Part shown: positions 35,871 through 47,262 of the stretch, one piece after another | Layout of the letters: every line of letters starts with the position of its first letter | Numbering within the stretch: the first letter of the stretch is position 1 | Source of the DNA: Octopus sinensis | Lineage: Eukaryota | Direction of reading: 5' to 3' | NCBI RefSeq assembly: GCF_006345805.1 | Contig: NC_043003.1 | Coordinates: 14,570,001-14,634,000, forward strand | DNA: 64,000 bases | The notes under the pieces: generated by a model | Database searches by the model: none | What the model saw: only the letters and a program-made list of their open reading frames with translations | Told to the model about the DNA's origin: nothing | Program-made: the position numbers and the translations under genes

Positions 35871-36254
35871 TATATAAATTTGGTTAGGTGTTAAATAACC
35901 ACCTAAGGGATAATAAAAATCCAAAGAATTTACTGGTTTTTTTTTACCTATATAAATAACAATGTTATGAATGATCACTCTTGACAAATAGGTAAATAAA
36001 TAAATAAAATAAACATACAGTTTATCAAAATATAAATATAAATTAGAAATGGAAACCAAAACAATAAATTGATTAATTAAATAATTTAATCATTAAATGA
36101 TAAATTCAATTCAGTTTTATTATTTTATACAAACAAATGACACATCTAGTAAATTTCCATTTCTGATTTATATGCATATATGTGTGTGTGTGTGAGTGTG
36201 TGTTTGTCCGCCCCACACTGCTTGGCAATCAGTGGTAGTGTGTTTATGTCCCTG

Positions 36255-36870
36255 ACCCGGCAAGCCAAGTGAGACCATAACCTCGTGGCCTATGCCAGGG
36301 GTGTAACCAGCACACTTATGTGTACCTTTCCTTCATTGGACACTAAACTCTGCTTGCGAAGTCCTGTTGAGGCAAGTGAAATTGAAATCAAATTCGATGA
36401 CTGGCACCCATGCTAGTGGGGTGCTGAGAGCACCATCTCAGATTGATCGTTGCCAGAGCAGCTAACTGGTTTCTGTGCCGGTGGCACGTAAAAAGCACCA
36501 TTCGAGCGTGATCGTTACCAGCGTAGCCTTACTGGCATTTGTGCCGGTGGCATGGGAAAAAACATTCGAGCAAGGTCATTGCCATTGCTGCTGGACTGGC
36601 TCCTGTGCAGGTAGCATGTAAAAAACACCATTTGAGTGTGGCTATTGCCAGTATCGCCTGACTGGCCCTCGTGCCGGTGGCACATAAAAGCACCCACTAC
36701 ACTCTCAGAGTGGTTGGCATTAAGAAGGGTATCCAGCTGTAGAAACTCTGCCAGATCAGACTGAGCCTGGTGCAGCCATCTGGTTCGCCAGTCCTCAGTC
36801 AAATCGTCCAACCCATGCTAGAATGGAAAGCAGACGTTAAACGATGATGATGATGATGATGATGATGATG
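36255..36870 (+). mobile_element. RTE LINE 3' UTR with (GAT)n tail, inserted in SINE A
   Basis: Starts at the last ORF2 codons (GACCCGGCAAG), includes repeat units and the terminal segment. Confidence 0.85.
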
Positions 36871-37161
36871 TAATTCAGTGGTCTGGCAAAAGAAACCGAT
36901 AGAATAAGTACTAGGCTTTAAAAAAGAAAATAATACATACTGGGTGGGGTGGGGATCACTACATTCAACTAAAAATTCTTCAAGGCGGTGCTCCAGCTTG
37001 GCCGTAGTCTAACGACTGAAACAAGTAAATGGTAAATGGTAAAAACAAAAGAATATTTAAAGAGTAGTAATGTCACATTATTTTGAAGATGCATTGTCAG
37101 TCACCTATAAAGACATGTGCATGTTTTCCCCAATTTTTAATATTCAGCACTATAGCTTCAA

Positions 37162-37665
37162 GTGGAGGCGTGTGGCTTAGTGGTTAGGGTGTCCAGCATC
37201 ATGATCGTAAGATTGTGGTTTCGATTCCTGGACCGGGCAATGCATTGTGTTCTTGAGCAAAACACTTTATTTCACAGGGCTCCAGTCCACTCATCTGGCA
37301 AAAATGAATAATGCTGCGATGGACTGGCGTACCGTCTAGCTGGGGAACACATATGCCATAGAAACCAGGAAACTGGGACCAAGAGCCTGGCTAGGTTTTA
37401 ACAGGGTGCATTTAGTGGAGGCATGTGGCTTAGTGGTTAGGGTGTCAGCATCATGATCGTAAGATTGTGGCTTCGATTCCTGGACCGGGCGATGTGTTGT
37501 ATTCTTGAGCAAAACACTTCATTTCATGCTGCTCTAGTCCACTCAGCTGACAAAAATGAGTAACGCTGCAATGGACTGGCGTCCCATCCAGCTGGGGAAC
37601 ATATATGCCATTGAAACTTGGAAACCAGTCCCATGAGCCTGGCAAGGCTTTGAAAAGGTGCATTT
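37162..37665 (+). mobile_element. Two tandem SINE group B copies (head 2 + body Y + tail M)
   Basis: GTGGAGGC.TGTGGCTTAGTGGTTAGGGTGTC..GCATCATGATCGTAAGATTGTGG.TTCGATTCC at 37162 and 37415; both end ...AGGGTGCATTT. Confidence 0.85.
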
Positions 37666-37669
37666 ATTA

Positions 37670-38290
37670 TTTTACTATAGCTTCAACACTTCTTGCCTCT
37701 GCTGTTGAATTAATAAACTATTTTAGCGACGTTCGTCTGTGTTTCCTTGCAGTAAAGACTGTTAAATGCAGATATATTGTTGCTTTCACATAATACATTG
37801 TTAAATGTGTTTTCAAGCTGTGTATTCTGTCATTTAAAAATATTATATTACGTAGATAGATGATAGTTTTTTTGGAGCTGGTGTTAGTGTTGGTATATGT
37901 GTTATTATGTGAAAGAAAGACAGATATCGGAGTTTTGTTGTTTTGTTGTACACAACTAATTTTAAATTCTTATTAGATTTGTTGCACTGTAATATTATTT
38001 GATTATCCTCTTTAGAAGTCTTTTTTCGTCTCTATATCATAGGTTCGTTTGATTTTTGTAGTAGACCTTATGTGTTATATCTAGCTTATTTGTGTTTGTG
38101 GATGTCCATGAGTAAGTGGCGGAGGGTATTTTTTTTCACTTTTGTTTTTCCTTTTTTTAATTTTTTGGTTGAATTCACAGATAGTTTTTATCTAGCTTCT
38201 TACTTTGGCAACAAATTCATGATTAGGTCTCATTTTTGTATATGCATGACTTCATTTTCATATGACAGAATTCTACTGGAAAATATTATT
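37670..38290 (-). mobile_element. Heavily decayed Penelope-like element ORF remnant
   Basis: Minus strand 38069-37943 reads KVYYKNQTNL*YRDEKRLLKRIIK then, after a frameshift, KSNKNLKLVVYNK. This resembles the Y.NQ..Y..DE..LK.II...K.KL..Y linker before the GIY-YIG domain of Penelope/Poseidon elements, as I recall it. Confidence 0.5.
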
Positions 38291-38296
38291 CTGCTT

Positions 38297-38470
38297 AGGT
38301 GCAGGAGTGGCCGTGTGGTAAGTAGCTTGCTTACCTACCACATGACTCTCGGTTCAGTCCCACTGCGTGGCACCTTGGGCAAGCGTCTTCTACTATAGCC
38401 CCGGGCTGACCAAAGCCTTGTGAGTGGATTTGTTAGATGGAAACTGAAAGAAGCCCTTCGTATATGTTTA
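38297..38470 (+). mobile_element. SINE group A, 5' half
   Basis: Consensus match. Confidence 0.85.
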
Positions 38471-38662
38471 TATTGCTCTGATGTGGCCATCCCCAATGAA
38501 AAACTAAGCTGCGAGCATTAGATTTCTTGGAAAAAGGAACGAATGTAAACGCAACAAGGACAGAAATGTTAAGACAATAAAAGAATGAAAGAGACCTCGA
38601 TATTATGTAAATAGAGGAATTTATCTGTAAATGTAATACGTGACAATTATTCGGTAGCCATG

Positions 38663-38721
38663 ATAAAACTCCAAGTTTCGGATGTTGGGGCGGAAATCTC
38701 CGCTGCCATCTCTTCAGTTAT
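38663..38721 (-). ncRNA. Type I hammerhead ribozyme-like motif with canonical core
   Basis: Reverse complement: AUAA-CUGAAGA-GAUG(..GCGGA GAUU UCCGC..)CAUC-C-GAAA-CU UGG AG-UU-UUAU. Stem I 4 bp, extended stem II with one extra C, stem III ACU/AGU, GUU cleavage triplet. Abuts (TA)n. Confidence 0.6.
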
Positions 38722-39270
38722 ATATATATTATATATTATATATATTATGTATATATTTGTGTGTGTGTATGTGAACAGAATTTTGAAGAACCAGTTGTTG
38801 AAATCAGCAATTGATTGAATTACAGCAATTTCTTATTTAAAAATTGTTTTACCTCGTTATTTTTTTTTCATATTTAAAATAATTTATTTTTGTATTAACA
38901 CATAAAAATCAATTGATCAATGTGCTAAAAAGTATAGGGATTCTGCGAAGCATTTTAAAAAGCTCACTGAATCATTTCAAGAGTGTACACTAATACCATC
39001 AACTATCTATGTACAGTTGCCCATAACAGGAGATTATAACACTTGCTTTTTTTAATTTTTTATTTTTTTATAGATTTGTGGAATTGTTTATTTCTTTCTA
39101 CAGTAGAAACATTAGCACCATTTTCGAATATTGATTCAAATAGCACAGATATTTAGCCAAAAATGGTATAGGCCATAACAAGTTAGCAACATCATCTATA
39201 CTAGTTTTCTGACTGGTAATGTAAACATGGTACACATACACGCACTCATATATATATATATGTGTATGTA

Positions 39271-41075
39271 TCATCATCATCATCATCATTTAACATCCGC
39301 TTTCCATGCTAGCATGGGTTGGACGGTTCAACTGGGGTCTGGGGAGCCCGAAGGCTGCACCAGGCCAGTCAGATCTGGCAGTGTTTCTACAGCTGGATGC
39401 CCTTCCTAACGCCAACCACTCCGAGAGTGTAGTGGGTGATTTTATGTGCCACCGACACAGGTGCCAGACGAGGCTGGCGAACGGCCACGCTCGGATGGTG
39501 TTTTTATGTGCCACCGACACAGGTGCCAGACAAGGCTGGCAGACGACCACGCTCGGATGGTGTTTTTATGTGCCACCGACACAGGTGCCAGACGAGGCTG
39601 GCGAACGGCCACGCTCGGATGGTGTTTTTATGTGCCACCGACACAGGTGCCAGACAAGGCTAGCAGACGACCATGCTCGGATGGTGTTTTTTTTCTATTT
39701 ATGTGCCACCGACACAGGAGCCAGATTAGGCTGGCGATCGGCCACGATTGGATGGTGATTGTTACGTGCCCACAGCATGGAGGCCAGTCGGTGCAGCACT
39801 GGCGACGGCCACGTTCGGATGGTTTTCTTATGTGCCACCGGCACTGGTACCACAAAGATACAAATTCCATTGATGTTCATCTATTTTGATTTTTGATTTT
39901 CACTTGCCTCAACAGGTCTTCACAAGTGTCACAAGAAGGAAGGTATGCACAGGTGGACTGACTACGTCCCAGGTAGGGGCCACAGGTTATGGCCTGACTA
40001 GTCTTGCCGGGTCTTCTCACGCACAGCATACTTCCATTGGTCTCGGTCTCTAGTCATTTCCTTGGTGAGACCTAAAGTTCATAGGTCGTGCTTCACCACT
40101 TCGTCCCAGGTTTTCCTGGGTCTACCTCTTCCACAGGTTCCCTCAACTGCTAGGGTGTAGCACTTTTGCACACAACTATCTTCAGCCATTCTCGTCATAT
40201 GACCATACCAGCACAGCCGTCTCTCTTGCACACCACAACTGACGCTTCTTAGGTTCAACTTTTCTCTCAAGGTACTTACACTCTGACGATTATGAACACT
40301 GACATTACACATCCATCGGAGCATACTGGCTTCATTTCTTGTGAGCTTACGCATACCCTCAGCAGTCACGGCCCATGTTTCACTACCATGTAGCATGGCT
40401 GTACGTACACATGCATCATAAAGTCTGCCTTTTACTCTGAGTGAGAGGCCTTTTGTCACCAGCAGGGGTAAGAGCTCTCTGAACTTGCCCAGGCTATTCT
40501 TACTCTAGCAGTACACTTTCAGCACACCCACCCCCGCTACTGACTTGGTCTCCTAGGTAGCGGAAGCTATCAACTACTTCTAGTTTGTCTCCCTGGAACG
40601 TGGTAGCAGTTGGTCTCTGCACATTTCCAGTGTTTATTTCTCCTGAGCATCTGCCACATACGAAAACTATCTTCCCAGTTAGCCTACCTTTGACATTGCT
40701 GCACCTCTTATGTGTCCATAGCTTACACTTGGTGCACCTTATAGAGTTTCTACCTACACCTTTTTACAGATCGAGCAGGGCCATCTACCTGAAGTCGTTT
40801 GTGGTTGGTCCACCTTCCTACTTATTAGGACTTTGGTTTTGGCTAGGTTGATTCTAAGGCCCTTCGATTCTAATCCTTGTTTCCACACCTGAAATTTCTC
40901 CTCCAGTTCTGATAGTGACTCAGCAATTAGAGCAAGGTCATCAGCATAGAGGAGCTCCCAGGGGCATCCTGTCTTAAATTCTTCTGTTATTGCCTGGAGG
41001 ACTATGATAAATAGGAGGGGGCTGAGGACTGAACCTTGGTGGATCCCAACCTCTACCCGGAATTCTTCACTGTAC
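39271..41075 (-). mobile_element. RTE LINE, 5'-truncated (RT to (GAT)n tail), frameshifted
   Basis: GIHQGSVLSPLLF, YADD (40937-40948), TKVL, PHD insert, FRYLG (40551-40565), LHGSETWA, RRLCWYGH, GRGRPRKTW, 3' UTR with 62-bp tandem units, (CAT)n at 39271. Confidence 0.93.
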
Positions 41076-41112
41076 TCGTTGCCAATATATATATATATAT
41101 ATATATATATTG

Positions 41113-41168
<56 letters not shown>

Positions 41169-41206
41169 TATGTGTGTGTGGTGTGTGAATATATATTATC
41201 ATCATC

Positions 41207-41480
41207 ATCATCATCATCATCATTTAAATCCGTTTTCCGCGCTAGCACGGGTTGGACGGTTCGACCGGGGTCTGGGAAGCCAGAAGCTGCACCAGGCTCC
41301 AGTCTGATCTGGCAGTGTTTCTACAGCTGGATGCCCTTACTAACGCCAACCACTCCGTGAGTGTAGTGGGTGCTTTTTACGTGCCACCTGTACAGGTGCC
41401 AGGGGGGTCTGGCATCGGCCATGATCGGTTGGTGCTGTTAATGTGCCACTGGCACGGAAGCCAGTCAAGGCGGCGCATGT
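41207..41480 (-). mobile_element. RTE LINE short 3' end between (TA)n tracts
   Basis: Terminal segment plus 1-2 repeat units. Confidence 0.85.
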
Positions 41481-41564
41481 ATATATATATATGTGTGTAT
41501 ATATATATATATGTATATATATCTATGTATATGTATGTGTGTGTGTGTATATATATATATATAT

Positions 41565-41740
41565 AAAGTTAATCCAAACAAGAAAGCACAAAAAAAACAC
41601 AACAACGTGAGGACGTGGAACAAATATAGTATTACTGGATGCTCAGGAAAGAAGGAGGGTTTAACGTTTCGAGCGGAGCTCTTCGTTGGAAACATAGGAG
41701 AAGGAAAGATCCAGAGAAGGGAAGACACGGTCACATTTTG
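41565..41740 (-). mobile_element. Family H2 copy with hammerhead-like motif at 41659-41693
   Basis: Reverse complement GTTT-CCAACGAA-GAGCTCCGCTC-GAAACGTT-AAAC; CpG-type G5>A change relative to 11435. Confidence 0.65.
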
Positions 41741-42157
41741 AATATATATATATATATAAATGTATGCATGTGTGTGTGTGTATATATATATATGTAAGTA
41801 TATATATATATATATATGGATATGTACTTGCATAGCGAGTGACTATATATGTATATATATATATATATATAATATGGCATTTTATGAAAAGAAATTATTT
41901 GAATAAATGTTATAATATGAGGTTTTTTTCTTTAACTTATTTACTGTTGCTTTTTTTTAATTAATATTTTCTATAATTTTAAATATTATTAATTTGAGTA
42001 GCTTTTATTAATTGTATTTTCATTCAATTGCTTGGATTCGATCAAATTGTATTATGATCAGCTGTTTTTGATATATGTTTACATATATAATATATTATAT
42101 ATGTACATATATATATACAGATACATATATATTTGCATATATCAATATATACATATA

Positions 42158-42555
42158 TACTCTCTTTTACTTGTTTCAGTCATTTGACTGTGGCCATGTT
42201 GGAGCACTGCCTTTAGTCAAAAAAATTGACCCTAGGACTTATTCTTTGGAAGCCTAGTACTTATTCTATTGGTCTCTTTTTCCAAACCGCTAAGTTATGG
42301 GGACGTAAACACACCACCATCGGTTGTCAAGCAATGTTGTTGGGACAAACACAGACACACAAACATATACACACACATACATATATACATATATATACGA
42401 CGGGGTTCTTTCAGTTTCCATCTACCAAATCCACTCACAAGGCTTTGGTCGGCCCGAAGCTATAGTAGAAGACACTTGCCCAAGGTGCTACGCAGTGGGA
42501 ATGAACCCAGAACCATGTGGTTGGTAAGCAAGCTACGTACCATACAACCACTTCT
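42158..42555 (-). mobile_element. SINE group A, full length
   Basis: Reverse complement of the consensus. Confidence 0.85.
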
Positions 42556-42621
42556 GCACCTATATATGTACACATGTCTATAACTATCTCTCTATCTATA
42601 TAATATATATATATATATATG

Positions 42622-42722
42622 GTTTATAGCCATATCATGTTGAACGCACCAGTTCTCATTCGATCACCAAAGTTAAGCAATGTCAAGCCTAGTGAGTACT
42701 TAGATGGGTGACTGCTTAGGAA
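42622..42722 (+). pseudogene. 5S rRNA-derived sequence (nt ~1-100, 3'-truncated, CpG-decayed)
   Basis: GTTTATAGCCATATCATGTTGAACGCACCAGTTCTCATTCGATCACCAAAGTTAAGCAATGTCAAGCCTAGTGAGTACTTAGATGGGTGACTGCTTAGGAA aligns colinearly with the metazoan 5S sequence as I recall it, including box A (AGTTAAGC) and box C (GATGGGTGAC). It lacks the last ~20 nt. Confidence 0.9.
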
Positions 42723-42741
42723 GTGTCTCACACTTCTAATA

Positions 42742-43083
42742 AGTGCAGGAGTGGCTGTGGGGTAAGTAGCTTGCTTACCAGCCATATGGTTCTTGGTTAA
42801 GTCTCACTGTATGGCACGTTGAGCAAGTGCCTTCTACTATAGCCTCAGGCCAATCAAAACCTTCTGAGTGGATTTGGTAGACGGAAACTGAAAGAAACCT
42901 GTTGTATATATATATATATATATTATATATATTATATATATATATATATATAATATATGTATATATACACATATATATACACACATATATATATATATAT
43001 ATATTTGTGTGTGTGTGTGTTTGTATTTGTCCCCCCACCATCGCTTGACAACTGATGCTGGTGTATTTACATCCCTGTAACTT

Positions 43084-43114
<31 letters not shown>

Positions 43115-43965
43115 GTTTAGCGTCCGTTTTCCATACTAACATGGGTTGGACGGTTCTACTGGGGTCTGTGAAGTCAGAAGGCTTCATCATGCCCAGTCAA
43201 ATCTGGCAGTGTTTCTACGGCTGGATGCCCTTCCTAACACCAACCACTCCGTGAGTGTAGTGGGTGCTTTTTACGTGCCACCCGCACAGGTGCCAGACAG
43301 AGCTGGCAAACGGCCATGAACGGATGGTACGTTTTATGTGCCACCGGCACGAGGGCCATGCGAGGCTGGCAATGGACAGGAACGGATGGTGCTTTTTATG
43401 TGCCATCGGCACGAGGCCAGTTGGGGCGGCGCTGGCAACGGTCGCGAAACGGAAGGTTCTCTTACATGCCACCGGCACTGGTAACACATCTGCAATTTCC
43501 ATTGATCAATTTCGATTCTGATCCTCACTTGCCTCAACAGGTCTTCACAAGTAGAGTTTTGTGTCCCAAGAAGGGAAGGTATGCATACTTAGCCTGGCTC
43601 CATCCCATGTAGAAGGCCACGGGTTATGGACTCACTTGTCCTGCCGGGTCTTCTCGCGCACAGCACACTTCCAGAGGTCTCGGTCTCTAGTCATTTCCTC
43701 AGTGAGACCTAAAGTTCGAAGGTCGTGCTTCACCACCTTGTCCCAGGTTTTCCTGGGTCTGCCTCTTCCGCAGGTTCCCTCAACCGCTAGGGTGTGGGAC
43801 TTTTTCACACAACTATCTTCATCCAACTATCTTAATGGTTTAGCAAAAGAGACCAATAGAATATATACTAGGCTTACAAAGAATAAATCCTGGGGTTGAT
43901 TTGTTTGACTAAAGGCAGTGCTCCAGCATGGCCATAGTCAAATATCTGAAATGAGTAAAAGAATA
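42742..43965 (+). mobile_element. SINE group A interrupted by an RTE insertion
   Basis: 5' part 42742-43086, 3' part 43831-43965. Confidence 0.85.
43087..43830 (-). mobile_element. RTE LINE 3' end with 6-bp TSD
   Basis: ORF 43632-43826 (GRGRPRKTWDKVVKHDLRTLGLTEEMTRDRDLWKCAVREKTRQDK*), UTR and (CAT)n; CTTAAT at 43081-43086 and 43831-43836. Confidence 0.9.
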
Positions 43966-44267
43966 TATATAGCTCAAAATGTGCAAAAATCAAAAAAACA
44001 GAGACAAGTGACGGAACAACAAGTCAGGTATATTATTTCCACACTGAGGAATAATGGAAGAGTTTTGATGTTTCGAACCTATGTTCATCAACAGAAAGGA
44101 ATGAGGAAAGAAAAGGGGAGAGTAAAAAAAAATGTGTCTGGATTAATGGTTTCACATTTTGGTTTTACTGGAAATAAGTGGTTGAATGGTTGTGGAGACA
44201 ACAGTAATCTGACTAAAGTATGAATACACAAGTGCCTACATGTGTATGGCCATATGTATATATATGC

Positions 44268-44299
<32 letters not shown>

Positions 44300-44316
44300 A
44301 TATATATATATACATA

Positions 44317-45291
<975 letters not shown>

Positions 45292-45334
45292 GCTAGCTAG
45301 CTAGCTAGCTATTCATCTATCTATCTATAGAGGG

Positions 45335-45607
45335 AGAAACTGTCTTCAACAGGCAATTTTTACATGCTAGAAGCAGTAGTCAAAACCACCAAAACCACGT
45401 TTAAGAGCAATCTTCAAAAGGAATGAAAAATAAAAACTTTTACCTTGTTATTTTAATCCAGTCAGACCTAGGCTTCAACATTTTTTTTAGCAAATAAAAG
45501 TAACATGGTAAAAGTTTTTATTTTTCATTGCTTTTGAAAATTGCTCTCAAATGTGGTTTTGGTCGCTTCTTCTAGCGTGTAAAATTGCCTGTTGAAGGCA
45601 GTTTTCT
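45335..45607. repeat. Diverged fold-back (about 115-bp arms)
   Basis: AGAAACTGTCTTCAACAGGCAATTTT... versus ...AAAATTGCCTGTTGAAGGCAGTTTTCT; arms pair with many mismatches. Confidence 0.8.
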
Positions 45608-45699
45608 CTTGTGTTTAAATGTACGCTATTTTATATTGAGAATATGTTGTCTATTGACTTTTTATACTTGCTACCTTATATTTTTCCGTATTTATAGAG

Positions 45700-45861
45700 A
45701 GAGATAGATATAGATAGATGGGTAGATAGGCAGACAGACATACAGACAAGCAGACAGACAGACAGACTGATGGATAGATAGATAGACAGATAGAGAGAGA
45801 GAGAGAGAAAGAGAGAAAGAAAAAGAAAGAGTGACAAACTAACAGGCAAACTGACAGAGAA

Positions 45862-45894
<33 letters not shown>

Positions 45895-45967
45895 CAGACA
45901 GACAAATAGACAGATAGATAGATAGATAGACGGACAGACAAATAGACAGATAGATAGATAGATAGAT

Positions 45968-46008
<41 letters not shown>

Positions 46009-46052
46009 GAAAGAGAGAGTGTGACATACTAACAGGCAAACTGACAGAGAAA

Positions 46053-46086
<34 letters not shown>

Positions 46087-46095
46087 AATAGACAG

Positions 46096-46127
<32 letters not shown>

Positions 46128-46200
46128 GAGAGAGAAAGAGAGAGAGAAAGAGAGAAAGAAGAGAGAGTGTGACATACTAACAGGCAAACTGACAGAGAAA

Positions 46201-46234
<34 letters not shown>

Positions 46235-46268
46235 AATAGACAGATAGATAGATAGATAGATAGAGAGA

Positions 46269-46299
<31 letters not shown>

Positions 46300-46353
46300 G
46301 AGAAAGAAAGAGAGAGAGTGACAAACTAACAGGCAAACTGACAGAGAAATAGA

Positions 46354-46387
<34 letters not shown>

Positions 46388-46453
46388 AATAGACAGACAC
46401 AGACAAATAGACATACACAGACAAATAGACAGACAGATAGATAGATAGATAGG

Positions 46454-46523
<70 letters not shown>

Positions 46524-46588
46524 TAGAGAGAGAGAACGAGAGAGAGAGAGACTGACAAACTAACAGGCAAACAGACAGAGAAATAGAC

Positions 46589-46624
<36 letters not shown>

Positions 46625-46635
46625 TGACTGATAGA
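45700..46635. repeat. Higher-order (GATA)/(GACA)/(GA) array with recurring 35-bp spacer motif
   Basis: TGACA(A/T)ACTAACAGGCAAACTGACAGAGAAATAG at about 45832, 46022, 46170, 46319 and 46553. Confidence 0.85.
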
Positions 46636-46904
46636 TTGTTAGTCAGAAGAAAAGAAGGAATTGTTCCTTCAGTCATATACTGGTATCCAAGTAACAGAAA
46701 GTCTTCAAAATTTCTGATGAGATGAAATGAAACAAAATGAAGTAAAAGGAATGGAAATAATTTAAATATTTACGTTTTTACATTTGATGATTTTTTTTTT
46801 GTCTGACTCTTGAAAATGTTTGTGTTTCTACACTTCTGACTAACCGTAATATTATTTCCAGATATACTATTGTATTCACTACCAAAAACGCTTCATCCCT
46901 GTAT

Positions 46905-47262
46905 CAACATCATCATGATCATGATCATGATCAACATGATCATCATGATCATCATCATCATCATAATCATCATCATCATTGTCATCATCATCGTCATCAT
47001 CATTGTCACCATCATCATCATCATCATCATCGTCATCATTGTCATTATCATCATTGTCACCATCATCATCATCATCATCATCATCATCGTCATCATCATC
47101 ATCATCATCATTGTCATCATCATCATCATCATCATCACCACCACCACCACCACCACCACCACCACCACCACCACCACCACCATCATCATCATCGTCATTG
47201 TTGTCATTGTCGTCGTCGTCGTTGTCATCATCATCATCATCATCATCATCATCACCATCATT
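46905..47262. repeat. (CAT)n/(CAC)n microsatellite
   Basis: Direct reading. Confidence 0.95.

Larger units (their letters stand above)
35323..37045 (+). mobile_element. SINE group A split by later insertions
   Basis: Head 35323-35500, middle 36172-36254, 3' end 36871-37045; consecutive consensus segments. Confidence 0.75.

Noticed and set aside
39085-39220. Strong-looking acceptor TTTATTTCTTTCTACAG
   Set aside because: All frames close within about 55 nt and no recognisable peptide.
39444-39860. CRISPR-like regular array (also 45832-46600)
   Set aside because: Whole units are repeated with no unique spacers, the context is a eukaryotic LINE UTR or microsatellite, and there are no cas genes.
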